Below are positions 41,671-51,724 of a stretch of 64,000 nt of DNA, in pieces. The first letter of the stretch is position 1; every line of letters begins with the position of its first letter. The DNA is from Acidobacteriota bacterium. Its GTDB lineage: Bacteria; Actinomycetota; Acidimicrobiia; Acidimicrobiales; Microtrichaceae. The translations under genes were made by a program, and so were the position numbers. The stretch covers positions 964 through 64,963 of the forward strand of contig QEUP01000016.1 in the NCBI GenBank assembly GCA_003577145.1, read 5' to 3'. The notes below the pieces were generated by a model. That model searched no databases. It saw only the letters and a list, made by a program, of their open reading frames with translations, and had not been told where the DNA came from.

Positions 41671-42600
41671 GTGAGTGACGAGTTCGACCTGACCGCTTTG
41701 GCCTCGGCACCGTTCGCGGGGCCCATCACCTTTGCCCGCCGGCTGCAGACGCGTGACCTCACAGACGTGGATGTGGCTGTGGTGGGCATCCCGTTCGATC
41801 TCGGCACCTCCTACCGGTCGGGCGCGCGGTTCGGGCCGCGCGCGATCCGCGAGCAGTCGCTGTACGTCGGCGAGTACCCGTGGGGTCACTGGCCCTGGGA
41901 GTTGAACCTGTTCGAGGAGTACCAGGTGATCGACTGGGGTGACCTGCCGATGACAGTCTTCTGGGCCGGGTACCCGGAGAAGATGGTCGAGGATGTGCGC
42001 CGAGAGGTCGGGGCGATCCTCGGGTGTGGCGTCCGGGTCCTCGGGCTGGGCGGTGACCATATGGTCTCCTACCCACTGCTCGCTGCCACCGCGGCGACTT
42101 ACGGCTCGCTCTCGCTGGTGCACCTCGACGCCCACTCGGATACGTGGGACATGGGCGATGCGGTGAACCACGGCACCATGTTCCGCCACGCCGCGCTAGA
42201 GGGCTTCGTCGATCCGGCGCGGTCGATACAAGTGGGCATGCGCACGCCCAACCCCGACACGTGCGGCTTCAGGATCGTCGATGCCGACGTGCTGCTGGAC
42301 CGCCCCTTGGAGGACACCATCGCAGAGGTCCGGGAACGTGTAGGGGACAACCCGGTGTATCTCACATTCGACATCGACTTCCTCGACCCGAGCTGCGCAC
42401 CGGGGACAGGCACACCGGTTGTGGGCGGTCCCAGCGCCCGCCAGGCACGCAAGCTGCTGCGCGGGTTCGCCGGACTCGACGTTGTCGGCGCCGACATCGT
42501 CGAGGTGGCACCTGGACTCGATCCAACCGGTGTGACAGCTGTCACCGGTGCGACGATCGCGCTCGATCTCCTGCATCTGCTCGTGCCGGCCGCTGGCTGA
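41671..42600 (+). CDS. agmatinase / ureohydrolase family protein
   Basis: GTG start. The Mn-binding motifs LGLGGDHMVSYP, LVHLDAHSDTWD and LTFDIDFLDPSCAPGTGTP are present. Confidence 0.85.
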   Translation: MSDEFDLTALASAPFAGPITFARRLQTRDLTDVDVAVVGIPFDLGTSYRSGARFGPRAIREQSLYVGEYPWGHWPWELNLFEEYQVIDWGDLPMTVFWAGYPEKMVEDVRREVGAILGCGVRVLGLGGDHMVSYPLLAATAATYGSLSLVHLDAHSDTWDMGDAVNHGTMFRHAALEGFVDPARSIQVGMRTPNPDTCGFRIVDADVLLDRPLEDTIAEVRERVGDNPVYLTFDIDFLDPSCAPGTGTPVVGGPSARQARKLLRGFAGLDVVGADIVEVAPGLDPTGVTAVTGATIALDLLHLLVPAAG

Positions 42601-42706
42601 TCGCTCGCAGGGGTCCGGAGCGGGCGGGAGCCGGCTTGGTTCACGTCAGGAGCCCGTGTCGGGCCCGGGGGAACCCGAGGAGGAGGTGACGTCGGTGGTC
42701 ACGGCG

Positions 42707-43768
42707 CTAGAGCCAGTCCTTGCGCCGGAACAGCAGGTACAGACCGCCTGAGATCACGATGATGAGCAGCGTCGAACCGATGGCACCGGAGATCCTGCCC
42801 GAGCCCGGGTAGGGGACGTTCATGCCGAAATAGCCGGTGAGGAACGCCGGCACGGCGATGATGGCTGCCCAGCCGCTCACCTTCTTGACGATCTGGTTCT
42901 GGCGGTACTCGCGCAGGCTGAGGTTGGTCTCGACGATCGTGCTGACGAGGTCGCGCAGCGACTCGGTCGACTCGCTCACCCGCAGCGTGTGGTCGTAGAC
43001 GTCCTGGTAGTACGGGTAGAGCGCCTCGGTGACGACCGCGTGGTCGCGGCGCATGAGCGAGCTCAAGGCTTCGCGCATCGGAACCGCGAGCCGGTGGAAG
43101 TGCACGAGCGCACGCCGCATGTCGAACCACTGCCGTTGCCGCTCGAGCTGGATGGGCTCGTCGACGAAGAGGCTCTCGCTCACGTCGTCGTAGTAGTAGT
43201 CGAACGCCTGCACGGCCTCGAAGTAGCCGTCGACAACCACGTCGAGCAGGCCGTACAGGAAGAAGCCGACGCCGCCGCGGGCGAGATCGGTCGACCGGTC
43301 CCAACGATCGAGCACGTCCTCGATCGGGAAACCGTCCGAGTCGCGGATGGTCACAAGCCAGCGGGTGCCGACGAACGTGTCCACCTCGGTCTCGTCGAGG
43401 CGACCTCGGTCGGTGTCGACGCCCACGGCTCGACAGGACAGGAACAGGTGCGTGGGGTAGTAATCGACTTTGGGGCGTTGCCTGGATTTGATGACGTCTT
43501 CGATGGCGAGATCGTGCAGGCCCAGCTCGTCGGCGAGCTCGTGGAGCTGTTGCGTCGCGGGAGCGCAGAGATCGATCCACACAACGGTGTCGGGCTCATC
43601 GAGGTACTCCGACACGTCAGCTACCGGGAAGTCCTCTGCTGTCAGGACCCCGCTGCGATAGGCGCGGGTGCGCGCGATGCCACGGCTGGCCGGCGGCGTG
43701 GTCTCGGTCGAGGCGTCGGGCCGGTCGGAGCGGGCAGCGTCGTGGGGAGCCGGCTCGGGAACGTCCAC
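42707..43768 (-). CDS. corA: CorA-family magnesium/cobalt transporter
   Basis: C-terminal two TM segments with the GYFGMNVPYPG (GMN) motif. Confidence 0.9.
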   Translation of the reverse strand: MDVPEPAPHDAARSDRPDASTETTPPASRGIARTRAYRSGVLTAEDFPVADVSEYLDEPDTVVWIDLCAPATQQLHELADELGLHDLAIEDVIKSRQRPKVDYYPTHLFLSCRAVGVDTDRGRLDETEVDTFVGTRWLVTIRDSDGFPIEDVLDRWDRSTDLARGGVGFFLYGLLDVVVDGYFEAVQAFDYYYDDVSESLFVDEPIQLERQRQWFDMRRALVHFHRLAVPMREALSSLMRRDHAVVTEALYPYYQDVYDHTLRVSESTESLRDLVSTIVETNLSLREYRQNQIVKKVSGWAAIIAVPAFLTGYFGMNVPYPGSGRISGAIGSTLLIIVISGGLYLLFRRKDWL

Positions 43769-43858
43769 TGTCGCAATCTAGCTCTGGGAGGGTTGAAGAT
43801 TGCGTTTGGCGCTTCGAGGCACTCCAACGGGGCGGCCTTCGGCGGGGCGACGACCAGA

Positions 43859-44698
43859 TCAGCGGCGTGTGGCCACCCCGAGTACGCGTCGCCTGTAGGG
43901 ATCGAGCCCGAGTGTGACGGCCACCTCGAGCGACAACGACATGTAGCCCTTCTCACCGAGCTCGTCGGTCAGCGAATCGGGCTCATCGAGCACCGCCTGG
44001 TAAGCCGCTGTCAGCCGCTCCCGCCAGCCGGCGGTCTCCTCGTAGGCGTCGACGGTGAAGCCCACCTCTGAGAGAAGAGGTGTGTAATCGGGTACGGGGT
44101 CGAGGCCGAGTACCGGGTACCCCTGCACGTGCGCCGGCTCCACCTCGAAGGCGGTGAACAGCAGCCTGCTGCCCGGTCTCAGGACGCGGGCGATCTCGTG
44201 CAGCGCCGAGCGCTTGTCTGTCGAGTACTGGAGCGCGTCGACGGTCAGGGCGGCATCCGCGAAGAGGTCGGGGAGTCCCGTCTCCTCGAACGAGCCCACC
44301 CGGAACTCGGCGGACCCGCCGAGGCCCACCCTCTGGCTCCGGGCCTCGGCCCTGGCGACTCCTACTTCAGAGATGTCGATGCCGGTGAGCGCGGCGCCGG
44401 TTTCGCGGGCGATCAACAGGCCGGGGCCGCCGGTGCCACAGGCCAGGTCGACGAGGCGGTCATCCTCTGCGAGCCCGGAGTCATGGGCGATCCGCTGCGC
44501 CTCGGCGAGGGTCAGGAAGCTGATGTGGGAGAACTCGGCGGGGAAGTCCGTGCCGCAGGCCAGCCGCAGCCAGATGTCCTGCAGCGCGGGGCTGTCAGCG
44601 CCGTCGGCGTAAACCGCGTCGTAGCCCTCGGCCACCAGCGCCCGCGCGTTCGCAGCGGATGGTTCGCCGGCTTGGGCGTCAGCGGCATGTGTCGGCAC
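43859..44698 (-). CDS. class I SAM-dependent methyltransferase
   Basis: The ORF was trimmed to the GTG at 44698. Motif I RLVDLACGTGGPG, with post-I GIDIS. The start is uncertain. Confidence 0.75.
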   Translation of the reverse strand: MPTHAADAQAGEPSAANARALVAEGYDAVYADGADSPALQDIWLRLACGTDFPAEFSHISFLTLAEAQRIAHDSGLAEDDRLVDLACGTGGPGLLIARETGAALTGIDISEVGVARAEARSQRVGLGGSAEFRVGSFEETGLPDLFADAALTVDALQYSTDKRSALHEIARVLRPGSRLLFTAFEVEPAHVQGYPVLGLDPVPDYTPLLSEVGFTVDAYEETAGWRERLTAAYQAVLDEPDSLTDELGEKGYMSLSLEVAVTLGLDPYRRRVLGVATRR

Positions 44699-44825
44699 GG
44701 CCGTCGAGCCTAGACCTGACCAGCGTGGAGCCGGCCCGGCGCGTTTTGGCGCGGGGCCTTCGGAGCCGCCCCACCGGTGGCCACTCGATAGCGGATCCCC
44801 GGGGTGTGACTGTAGGGTCACCCGG

Positions 44826-46967
44826 ATGACCATCGTGGCTCCCGGCGAGCACGAGCTCCTCGTGTTCTGGGTGCAGCTGGCCGTGCTCTTGGCGACCGCT
44901 CGACTGCTCGGAAGCCTGATGCGTCGTTTCGGTCAGCCTTCTGTCGTGGGCGAGCTCGCCGCGGGGCTCGTGCTCGGGCCGTCGGTGTTCGGCGCGTTGT
45001 TCCCGGACGCGGCCGCGTGGCTCTTCCCCGCCGATGACGTCCAGGGCGGGATGCTCTTCGCCATCGGCTGGATCGGCGTCGTGCTGCTGTTGATCGTCAC
45101 GGGTTTCGAGACGGACCTCTCGCTGATAGCCAGGATGGGTCGAGCGATGGCTGTGGTCCCTCTAGGCAGCCTGGTTGTGCCGTTCCTGCTCGGCCTGCTG
45201 ACGGGGTTCTTGATCCCCGATCGGTTCCTCGGCGAGTCAGGAGATCGCTCGATCTTCATGCTCTTCATGGCGGCCGCGCTGAGCATCTCGGCGCTGCCGG
45301 TGATCGCGAAGGTCTTGGCCGAGCTCGGCTTCATGCGGCGGAACTTCGGGCAGGTCACCATCGCCGCGGGGATGATCGACGACATCGTCGGGTGGATCGC
45401 ACTCGGCATAGTCGCCGGCCTGGCCAGCTCAGGTCGGTTCTCGTACGCCGATCTCGGTGCCACGCTCGCGGGCCTCGCTGTGTTCATCCTGTTGGCCTTC
45501 ACGGTCGGCAAACGCGCCGTCGAAGCAGTCATGCGGCACATGCGGGCGAGGTCCGCCCCCAACTACTCGTGGCTGGCCCTGATCGTCGTCGTTGCGCTCA
45601 CCTACGGCTCGATCACTCAGTACATCGGTGTGGAGGCGGTCTTCGGTGCGTTCGTCGCCGGCATCGTGATGGGCCGTTCCCGATTGCGGAACCGGGACGC
45701 CGAGGAGGTGCTCAAGGCGGTCACTGTCGGCGTGTTCGCCCCTATCTTCTTCGCTACCGCCGGGCTGCGTGTCGATCTCACGAGCCTCACCGAGCCGACC
45801 GTATTGCTATGGGCGGGCATCGTCTTGTTCATGGCGAGTGCGTCGAAGTTCGTCGGCACCTTCCTCGGGGCCAAGCTCGGTCGGCTACCGAACCGGGAGG
45901 GGCTGGCGCTGGCAATCGGACTCAACGCACGGGGGAGCCTCGAGATCATCATCGCGTCGGTCGGCCTTTCCCTCGCGGTGCTCAACACCGACAGCTACAG
46001 CATCCTGGTGTTGATGGCGATGGCGACATCGATGATGGCGCCTCCCCTGCTGCGCCTGGCGGTCCGGGGCTGGGAGGGTGAGCCGGAGGAACGCAGGCGC
46101 TTGAAGGCCGAGGAGATGCTCGGCAACAACGTCGTGGTTCGTCCCGAGCCGATCCTCCTACCGGTGCACGCAGGTCCCAACTCGGTCACCGCCGCCCAGG
46201 TCATGCATCTCGCCTGGCCTGTCGAGGTCGAGGCCACCGTCATCCCTGTGGGTGACGACGTCGGCGAGGACGATCTGCGCGCCATCGCCGACGTGTTCGA
46301 ATCGCGACCGCACGAGCAGATCCGCGTCGACCCGTCGGCGGGGTTCGAGAGGGTCCTGGCGGAGGCCGCCATGGGCTACGGCGTGATCGGCCTGGGGGCG
46401 GAGTTGGATCCGAGCGGTGACACCCTCTTCTCCACCTTCGTCGAGGAGATCATCGCCGGCAGCGCCATCCCGACGGTCATCGTTCGAAGGGCGCTGGATC
46501 TCCGAGGTCCGCTGCCCGGGGCCTTCGCGCGGGCAGTCGTGCCGATCGGTGGCACCAAGGCGTCACGCTCGGCACAGGAGGTTGCCTTCAACCTGAGCGC
46601 CAGCATCGGAACGGAGATCCATCTCACCCACGTTGTGCCCCGGAGCAAGGAAAGCGAAACCGTCGGCTCGATGGCGCGCAGTCGAGTAGTCGTGACCGAC
46701 GAGCCGGCCGTTCCGGACCTGACGACGCGCCTCATCGAGGAGGCGATCGACTTCGCCGTCGACGCCGAGGCGCGAGTCGTGTACTCGGTGCGGACCGGCG
46801 TCTCGACTGCCGGTGTGATCATGGCCGCCGTGGCAGAGGAGGGGGCCGATCTGCTGGCGCTCGGGGCACGGGTCCGGCTGATCGACGGCAAGCCCTTCCT
46901 CGGTCACAACGTGGAGCAACTCCTCCGGGAGTGTCCTGCGACGGTCATCCTGGTAACCCATCACTGA
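44826..46967 (+). CDS. CPA2-family cation:proton antiporter fused to tandem universal-stress-protein (USP) domains
   Basis: N-terminal RFGQPSVVGELAAGLVLGPSVFG plus about 12 TM segments. The C-terminal 280 aa include VVPIGGTKASRSAQEVA..HLTHVV..GADLLALGAR..LGHNVEQLLRECPATVILV (USP-like). Confidence 0.85.
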   Translation: MTIVAPGEHELLVFWVQLAVLLATARLLGSLMRRFGQPSVVGELAAGLVLGPSVFGALFPDAAAWLFPADDVQGGMLFAIGWIGVVLLLIVTGFETDLSLIARMGRAMAVVPLGSLVVPFLLGLLTGFLIPDRFLGESGDRSIFMLFMAAALSISALPVIAKVLAELGFMRRNFGQVTIAAGMIDDIVGWIALGIVAGLASSGRFSYADLGATLAGLAVFILLAFTVGKRAVEAVMRHMRARSAPNYSWLALIVVVALTYGSITQYIGVEAVFGAFVAGIVMGRSRLRNRDAEEVLKAVTVGVFAPIFFATAGLRVDLTSLTEPTVLLWAGIVLFMASASKFVGTFLGAKLGRLPNREGLALAIGLNARGSLEIIIASVGLSLAVLNTDSYSILVLMAMATSMMAPPLLRLAVRGWEGEPEERRRLKAEEMLGNNVVVRPEPILLPVHAGPNSVTAAQVMHLAWPVEVEATVIPVGDDVGEDDLRAIADVFESRPHEQIRVDPSAGFERVLAEAAMGYGVIGLGAELDPSGDTLFSTFVEEIIAGSAIPTVIVRRALDLRGPLPGAFARAVVPIGGTKASRSAQEVAFNLSASIGTEIHLTHVVPRSKESETVGSMARSRVVVTDEPAVPDLTTRLIEEAIDFAVDAEARVVYSVRTGVSTAGVIMAAVAEEGADLLALGARVRLIDGKPFLGHNVEQLLRECPATVILVTHH

Positions 46968-47071
46968 CCCCTTGCTCCCGGCCGCGACCGGCGAGTCCGC
47001 AGCGGTCGTTACAGTGGGATCCACGGGCGGGTCCACGCTGAGTTCCAGCAGCGGGAAGGAATTCGATTGGA

Positions 47072-50000
47072 ATGGTGCTCGAGCACCTCGCGGCGGGCGA
47101 CGACGGGGTCGAGTTCCTGCCCCACAAGACGCGCCCGCCCTTGGCGTCCAGCCTCATCTCGCGGCCAAGGTTGATCGAGCTCGTCGGCTCACGCCAGGTC
47201 GTAGCCCTCGTGGCCCCTTCCGGATACGGCAAGAGCTGTCTGGCTTTGGCGTTGGCCGAAGCCTCCCCGGGCCCCACCGCCTGGTACACCGCCGATGACA
47301 CAGACGTGGACAGCGGCGCGGTGACCGGATACCTCGCCCACGCTCTGGCGCGGGCCTGGCCCGACCTGGCCGCGGAGGTCCCTGCCGCCGGCCGCGAACA
47401 GGGGGGTGGGGCACTCCTGGTGTACCTCCTGTCCGAGCTTGCCGGCCCCGGGTGTCTGGTGATCGATGATGCACATGCGCTTCCCCGGGACGTGATCGAG
47501 GATGTGATCTCGATCATCGACGCCAACCGCCAGAGCAACCTTCGACTGATCGTCTGTACGCGCGGGCCACTGCTGCTGCCACTCCTCGGAGCTGAGGCTG
47601 AAGGAAGGGGGGTCACGCTCGACGCCTCCCAACTCGGCTTCGACCGGGACGAGATCGCTCGGCTGCTCAGCGGACTCGAGCTCGACGTCGACGAGATGCA
47701 GGCTTCCACGGGTGGCTGGCCTCTGGCGTTGGGGTTGGCGTCGTCCCGGACAGCGCTGGGGACTGACCCCTTCACCGGCTTTCATCGGGTTCGCCTTGCC
47801 GACGCCGCCCTCTCGGGCCTCACCGCGGAGGCCAGGTCCTTCCTTGCGTTGATCTCGCGCCTGCCGGGCGTACCGGTACCGGCCGTGCTCGAGCTGCTCG
47901 ACGTGGAGGCCCGCACGGAGGTCGAACGCTACGTCGAGGCGAACCCGTCACTCGTGCAGACGACAGAGGATGGTTGGTGGCGTGTCCGCGACCTCATCCG
48001 CGATGTGCTTGGCCACGAGGCGGTCATCCCCAGTAGGGCCGTGGCCCTGGCGGATCGACTGCTGTCAGCAGGCGAACCGGTGCAGGCGCTGCACCTCCTG
48101 GCCAGGGAGGCGCAATGGACCGCCTACCGGCGTGCCCTGGAGGCGGTGGTGCCTTCTCTGATCGAAACCGGACGATGGCGTGTGGTGCGTGACGCGTACA
48201 GGCTGCTCCCGGAAGGGGAGAGAACTCCAGTGCTGCGACTCGCCGACGCCAACGCGGCGTTCGAGCTCAACTGGCTCGACGCCGATGCCGGCCAGTCTCC
48301 CGGATACATCGATGCGGATCAGCTGGAGGCCCTGGTCGACCAGATGCGCCTCGTTGGAGAGGCGGAAGCGCTTCGGGCATCTGCCATCCTGGTTCTGTTC
48401 TACGTCCGTGATGGCGACCCGAGGGCCATCCCCACCGCTGTTGCGGCCCTCGAGACAATGGTCCCCGATCTCGACGACGGCGAGGGCATCAGCTACGCAG
48501 TCCGCGCCGCCGGCGCTGACGTGGCGATGTCGCTGGCGATGCTGTTGTTGTCGCTGGGGATGTCGCTTCTCTTCTGTGGTAGCAGGCAGGCTCTGCAACG
48601 GAGCCGCACGCTGCTGGAAGCGGCTTTCCGTGCGTATCGCTTCCTCGGTCAGGACCCGACGCCACTGCAGGGGATGGCGGCTTTCTATCGGGCCACGATC
48701 TACGCCGAACCAGCGGGCGAGGCCCTTGGTCAACTCGAGGCGGCGGTGGCCTGGTTGCAGGAGAGAGATCATCCCTTCGCCGCCCATCGGCTGTGCGAGC
48801 TCGGACTGCTCCAACTGGATCTAGGCGACCTGGATGCGGCCGAGCATCACGCCAACATCGCCCTTGACCTGTGCGCACGGAGGGGAAGCGCGGTGCTCAC
48901 GCCGGTAAGGGCGCTGCTGTTCGCCGTGGCGATCCTGCGGGCCGGTAGCGCTTCAACCACCCCGGCTGACGGCGAGGAGATCTGGTGCTCGTTGAGAACC
49001 GATCAGCGGGTGCGCCAGTTCAGTCCGTACTTCGCGGCACTGTTCGGCCAGTGCCTGGCAGACGTGTCGGCCTACGGCGATGCGGAGGTGTGGCTGGCGC
49101 GGGGTAGAGAGGCGGTCGGAGGGCAGTTGCAGGGCCTCCTGTTGGCCCCGTACCTCGATCTGCTCGAACTGCGGTTGCTTGTCGCGCGAGGCGATGCCGC
49201 AGCAGCCGGGACGTTGGCGCAAGAGCTGATCGACGGGGCGCACTACGCGGGCCTCGACTCGGCGGTGCCGATGATCATGGCCTCGGTCGCGGCGGAGCTC
49301 GCCAGGCACGGGCGACCGGAAGCAGCGTCGACACTGCTGGAGACAGACCTGGAGCCGCGGTGGATGCGGCTGCTGCGGGCAAGTCTGGGTCAGGTCGACT
49401 CGACCACTCAGGCGATGCGGCTCGACCTTCGGTTCCTCGGCGATGAGATCACCTGCTTGCGAAACGGCGTCTTGATGCGCCCGCCGACCGGGTTCGCGGC
49501 GAAGCTGCTCGCGTATCTCGTCGCATCGAGGGGCACCGCCGAAGTCGACGCAGCCATCGAGGTGTTGTGGCCGGGTGCCGACCCGGATGCGGGTAGGAAC
49601 CGGCTCCACGGAGTGCTCCTGCGCCTGCGCCGGATGCTGGGCCTCCCCTCCGACGGACCCATCGAGTGCTCCGATGGCCTGATCCGCCTCAGAGAGAGCC
49701 CGACACTTGATGTCGACGCCTGGGAGTTCCAGCGGATCGTCGCCGGCACAGCCGGGCACGACCTGGAGCACGCTGCGCGCCTCTACAGGGGCGAGTTCTG
49801 TGCCAAGCAGTTCGCTTACGAGGATTTCGCGATCGACTACCGCAGGGTGCTGCGTGGCCAGTACCAGCATGCGGCGAGGGAGGCTCTCGGCGCTGGGCTC
49901 GAGCAGAGCCGCGCGGGCGAGTTGGCCGATGTCGCGAGGACTGCCTGGCGCCTGAACCGTGACGACGATGAACTGTGCCTGCTCGTCACCGAGGTGCTCG

Positions 50001-50191
50001 CTGCCTCGGGTCGCCGCGGGGAGGCCGGCGAGGTCGTATCCGGAACCGCCGAGGCTCTCGAAGGGCTAGGTGTGCCAACCGAGGATTTCGGGCGGCGCGG
50101 GCAGGACCTGCTCGCCCGCTTGTTCGTCGAGGAGAAGGGCGTGGCGCACTCGCCTCTGTCACCACCAGCACGGAGGGATCTCGCCGGTTAG
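47072..50191 (+). CDS. STAND (MalT/LAL-like) ATPase with C-terminal SARP module (OmpR-type wHTH + BTAD)
   Basis: Walker A VAPSGYGKS, Walker B CLVIDDAH and a long helical-repeat middle region. The last 258 aa read LRFLGDEITCLRNGVLMRPPTGFAAKLLAYLVASRG..LWPGADPDAGRNRLHGVLLRLRRML, then DVDAWEFQR..ARLYRGEF.., which is BTAD-like. Confidence 0.8.
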   Translation: MVLEHLAAGDDGVEFLPHKTRPPLASSLISRPRLIELVGSRQVVALVAPSGYGKSCLALALAEASPGPTAWYTADDTDVDSGAVTGYLAHALARAWPDLAAEVPAAGREQGGGALLVYLLSELAGPGCLVIDDAHALPRDVIEDVISIIDANRQSNLRLIVCTRGPLLLPLLGAEAEGRGVTLDASQLGFDRDEIARLLSGLELDVDEMQASTGGWPLALGLASSRTALGTDPFTGFHRVRLADAALSGLTAEARSFLALISRLPGVPVPAVLELLDVEARTEVERYVEANPSLVQTTEDGWWRVRDLIRDVLGHEAVIPSRAVALADRLLSAGEPVQALHLLAREAQWTAYRRALEAVVPSLIETGRWRVVRDAYRLLPEGERTPVLRLADANAAFELNWLDADAGQSPGYIDADQLEALVDQMRLVGEAEALRASAILVLFYVRDGDPRAIPTAVAALETMVPDLDDGEGISYAVRAAGADVAMSLAMLLLSLGMSLLFCGSRQALQRSRTLLEAAFRAYRFLGQDPTPLQGMAAFYRATIYAEPAGEALGQLEAAVAWLQERDHPFAAHRLCELGLLQLDLGDLDAAEHHANIALDLCARRGSAVLTPVRALLFAVAILRAGSASTTPADGEEIWCSLRTDQRVRQFSPYFAALFGQCLADVSAYGDAEVWLARGREAVGGQLQGLLLAPYLDLLELRLLVARGDAAAAGTLAQELIDGAHYAGLDSAVPMIMASVAAELARHGRPEAASTLLETDLEPRWMRLLRASLGQVDSTTQAMRLDLRFLGDEITCLRNGVLMRPPTGFAAKLLAYLVASRGTAEVDAAIEVLWPGADPDAGRNRLHGVLLRLRRMLGLPSDGPIECSDGLIRLRESPTLDVDAWEFQRIVAGTAGHDLEHAARLYRGEFCAKQFAYEDFAIDYRRVLRGQYQHAAREALGAGLEQSRAGELADVARTAWRLNRDDDELCLLVTEVLAASGRRGEAGEVVSGTAEALEGLGVPTEDFGRRGQDLLARLFVEEKGVAHSPLSPPARRDLAG

Positions 50192-51676
50192 TCGCCAGTC
50201 CTTCTTCGGGCATCTCGGGGGGAAGGTGTCGTCGATGTCGATGAAGCGGGGTGGTCCCCACACGAACACATCTCTCTCGTTACCGGCACCTCGCGAGCGA
50301 TCACCGGGCACGAGGTCCTGGTGCGGGGAGTTGAACGACACGTACCGGCCGTCGCCGCTGATCGAGGGGTACAGGTCAACAGTGCCCAGACCAGCCGTGG
50401 CCCTGCCGGTGGTGACGCTTGGCGTCACGAGCGTCAGCGCTGGAGGGTTTCCCGCGGCCAGGTCGGCGACGAAGACCTGGCTGTCGAGCCCCGTGGCTAT
50501 GTGCCCGGTGAAGGTGACCCGGTCCCCACCGCTGGAGATGCTGCCCGGGTCGTCGGCGACCAACCGGATTCGCCGGTCGGCGGTGGCCCATCTGAAGGTA
50601 GTGCTGTAAGGCGAGCCCTGGGCTACGTACAGGTCATAGGTGGGGACCGGATACCGGTCAGCGGGATCGATGCCCGCCAGTGAGGTGAAGCTCAAGGAGT
50701 CCCCGTCACGATCCAGGTCAGGCATGAAGGCGAGCGGTAGGCCACCGGTGAGCTCGGAATGGACCATGTGTGTGCGGCCACCCACCTTTCGCTCCCAGAG
50801 GTAGACCTTGGACGGCAGTCCGAACGGCGGCACCGTGCCCGTGCTGGTCTGGAAGCTGACCCACGCTCCGTCACCGGAGAGGGCGATGGTGCTCCAGTCA
50901 TCGAGCCCGGGTCTCGGTACCGCTATTCCGTTGGAGAACTGACCACCGGTCTGGTCCACGCTCGCCCGTTCCCCGAACCCTGTCGGGACATCGACCACGA
51001 TCAGGTCGGGCGCGTTGTTGGTGTCGGGGTTCCGAGGGTCGAGGTTCGTGGCGGCGGTTATGAAGGCCACGCGTCGCCCGTCGTCAGAGATCGAAGCAGT
51101 GAGGCTGTCCCCGTTGCCCTCCACGAAGTTCCCGCTGAGGTCGCGGACCTTGCTCACGCGTACGGTCGTGTGAAGACGCGTGTCGCGGACGAACACGTCG
51201 GTGGCGCTGTTGCGGTCGCTTCCCACGGGATCCTGCTCGAAGGAGGGGTCATCGGTCGAGAAGGCCACGAAGCGCCCATCGGCACTCATGGCTTCGAGCT
51301 TGGCTCCGACGCCCTGCCTGCCGTTGCTGCCGACGCTCACGAGCTCGGTCCTGCCCACCAGCAGGTCGCGAACGAACACGTCTGTGTCACGATTGGTGTC
51401 ACCCTGAACCAGGTCGTCGCCGCTGTAGGTGAAGGCCACGAACCTGCCGTCCTCGGAGATGGCGGTACGGCGTTCGGCGATCTGGTACGTCGCCTGGCCG
51501 TTCACGCCGGCCGAGGCCAGTTCGTTGTAGTTGCCGGATTGCGCGTGTACCGGCTCGGCGACCAGCAACCCCGCCAGCAGGATGCACACGACAAGCGCAG
51601 CCCCCAGCACGCGTGTCCTTCCGCCGAGGGCTGCGCTCCCGGCGCGATGCCGTTCCCGCCGGCCTCGTGTTCCCAT
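50159..51676 (-). CDS. secreted 7-blade PD40/TolB-like beta-propeller protein, paralog A
   Basis: Trimmed to the ATG at 51676 (GAGGTG RBS). Signal peptide ..LLAGLLVAEPVHAQ. Seven repeats of the type ISEDGRFVAFTYS..TDVFVRDL. The 3' end overlaps the convergent regulator gene by 33 nt. Confidence 0.75.
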   Translation of the reverse strand: MGTRGRRERHRAGSAALGGRTRVLGAALVVCILLAGLLVAEPVHAQSGNYNELASAGVNGQATYQIAERRTAISEDGRFVAFTYSGDDLVQGDTNRDTDVFVRDLLVGRTELVSVGSNGRQGVGAKLEAMSADGRFVAFSTDDPSFEQDPVGSDRNSATDVFVRDTRLHTTVRVSKVRDLSGNFVEGNGDSLTASISDDGRRVAFITAATNLDPRNPDTNNAPDLIVVDVPTGFGERASVDQTGGQFSNGIAVPRPGLDDWSTIALSGDGAWVSFQTSTGTVPPFGLPSKVYLWERKVGGRTHMVHSELTGGLPLAFMPDLDRDGDSLSFTSLAGIDPADRYPVPTYDLYVAQGSPYSTTFRWATADRRIRLVADDPGSISSGGDRVTFTGHIATGLDSQVFVADLAAGNPPALTLVTPSVTTGRATAGLGTVDLYPSISGDGRYVSFNSPHQDLVPGDRSRGAGNERDVFVWGPPRFIDIDDTFPPRCPKKDWRLTGEIPPCWW

Positions 51677-51724
51677 CGTCACCTCACCCGGTTGGAGTCT
51701 CGGTGATACCAATACGCCGCCGCG

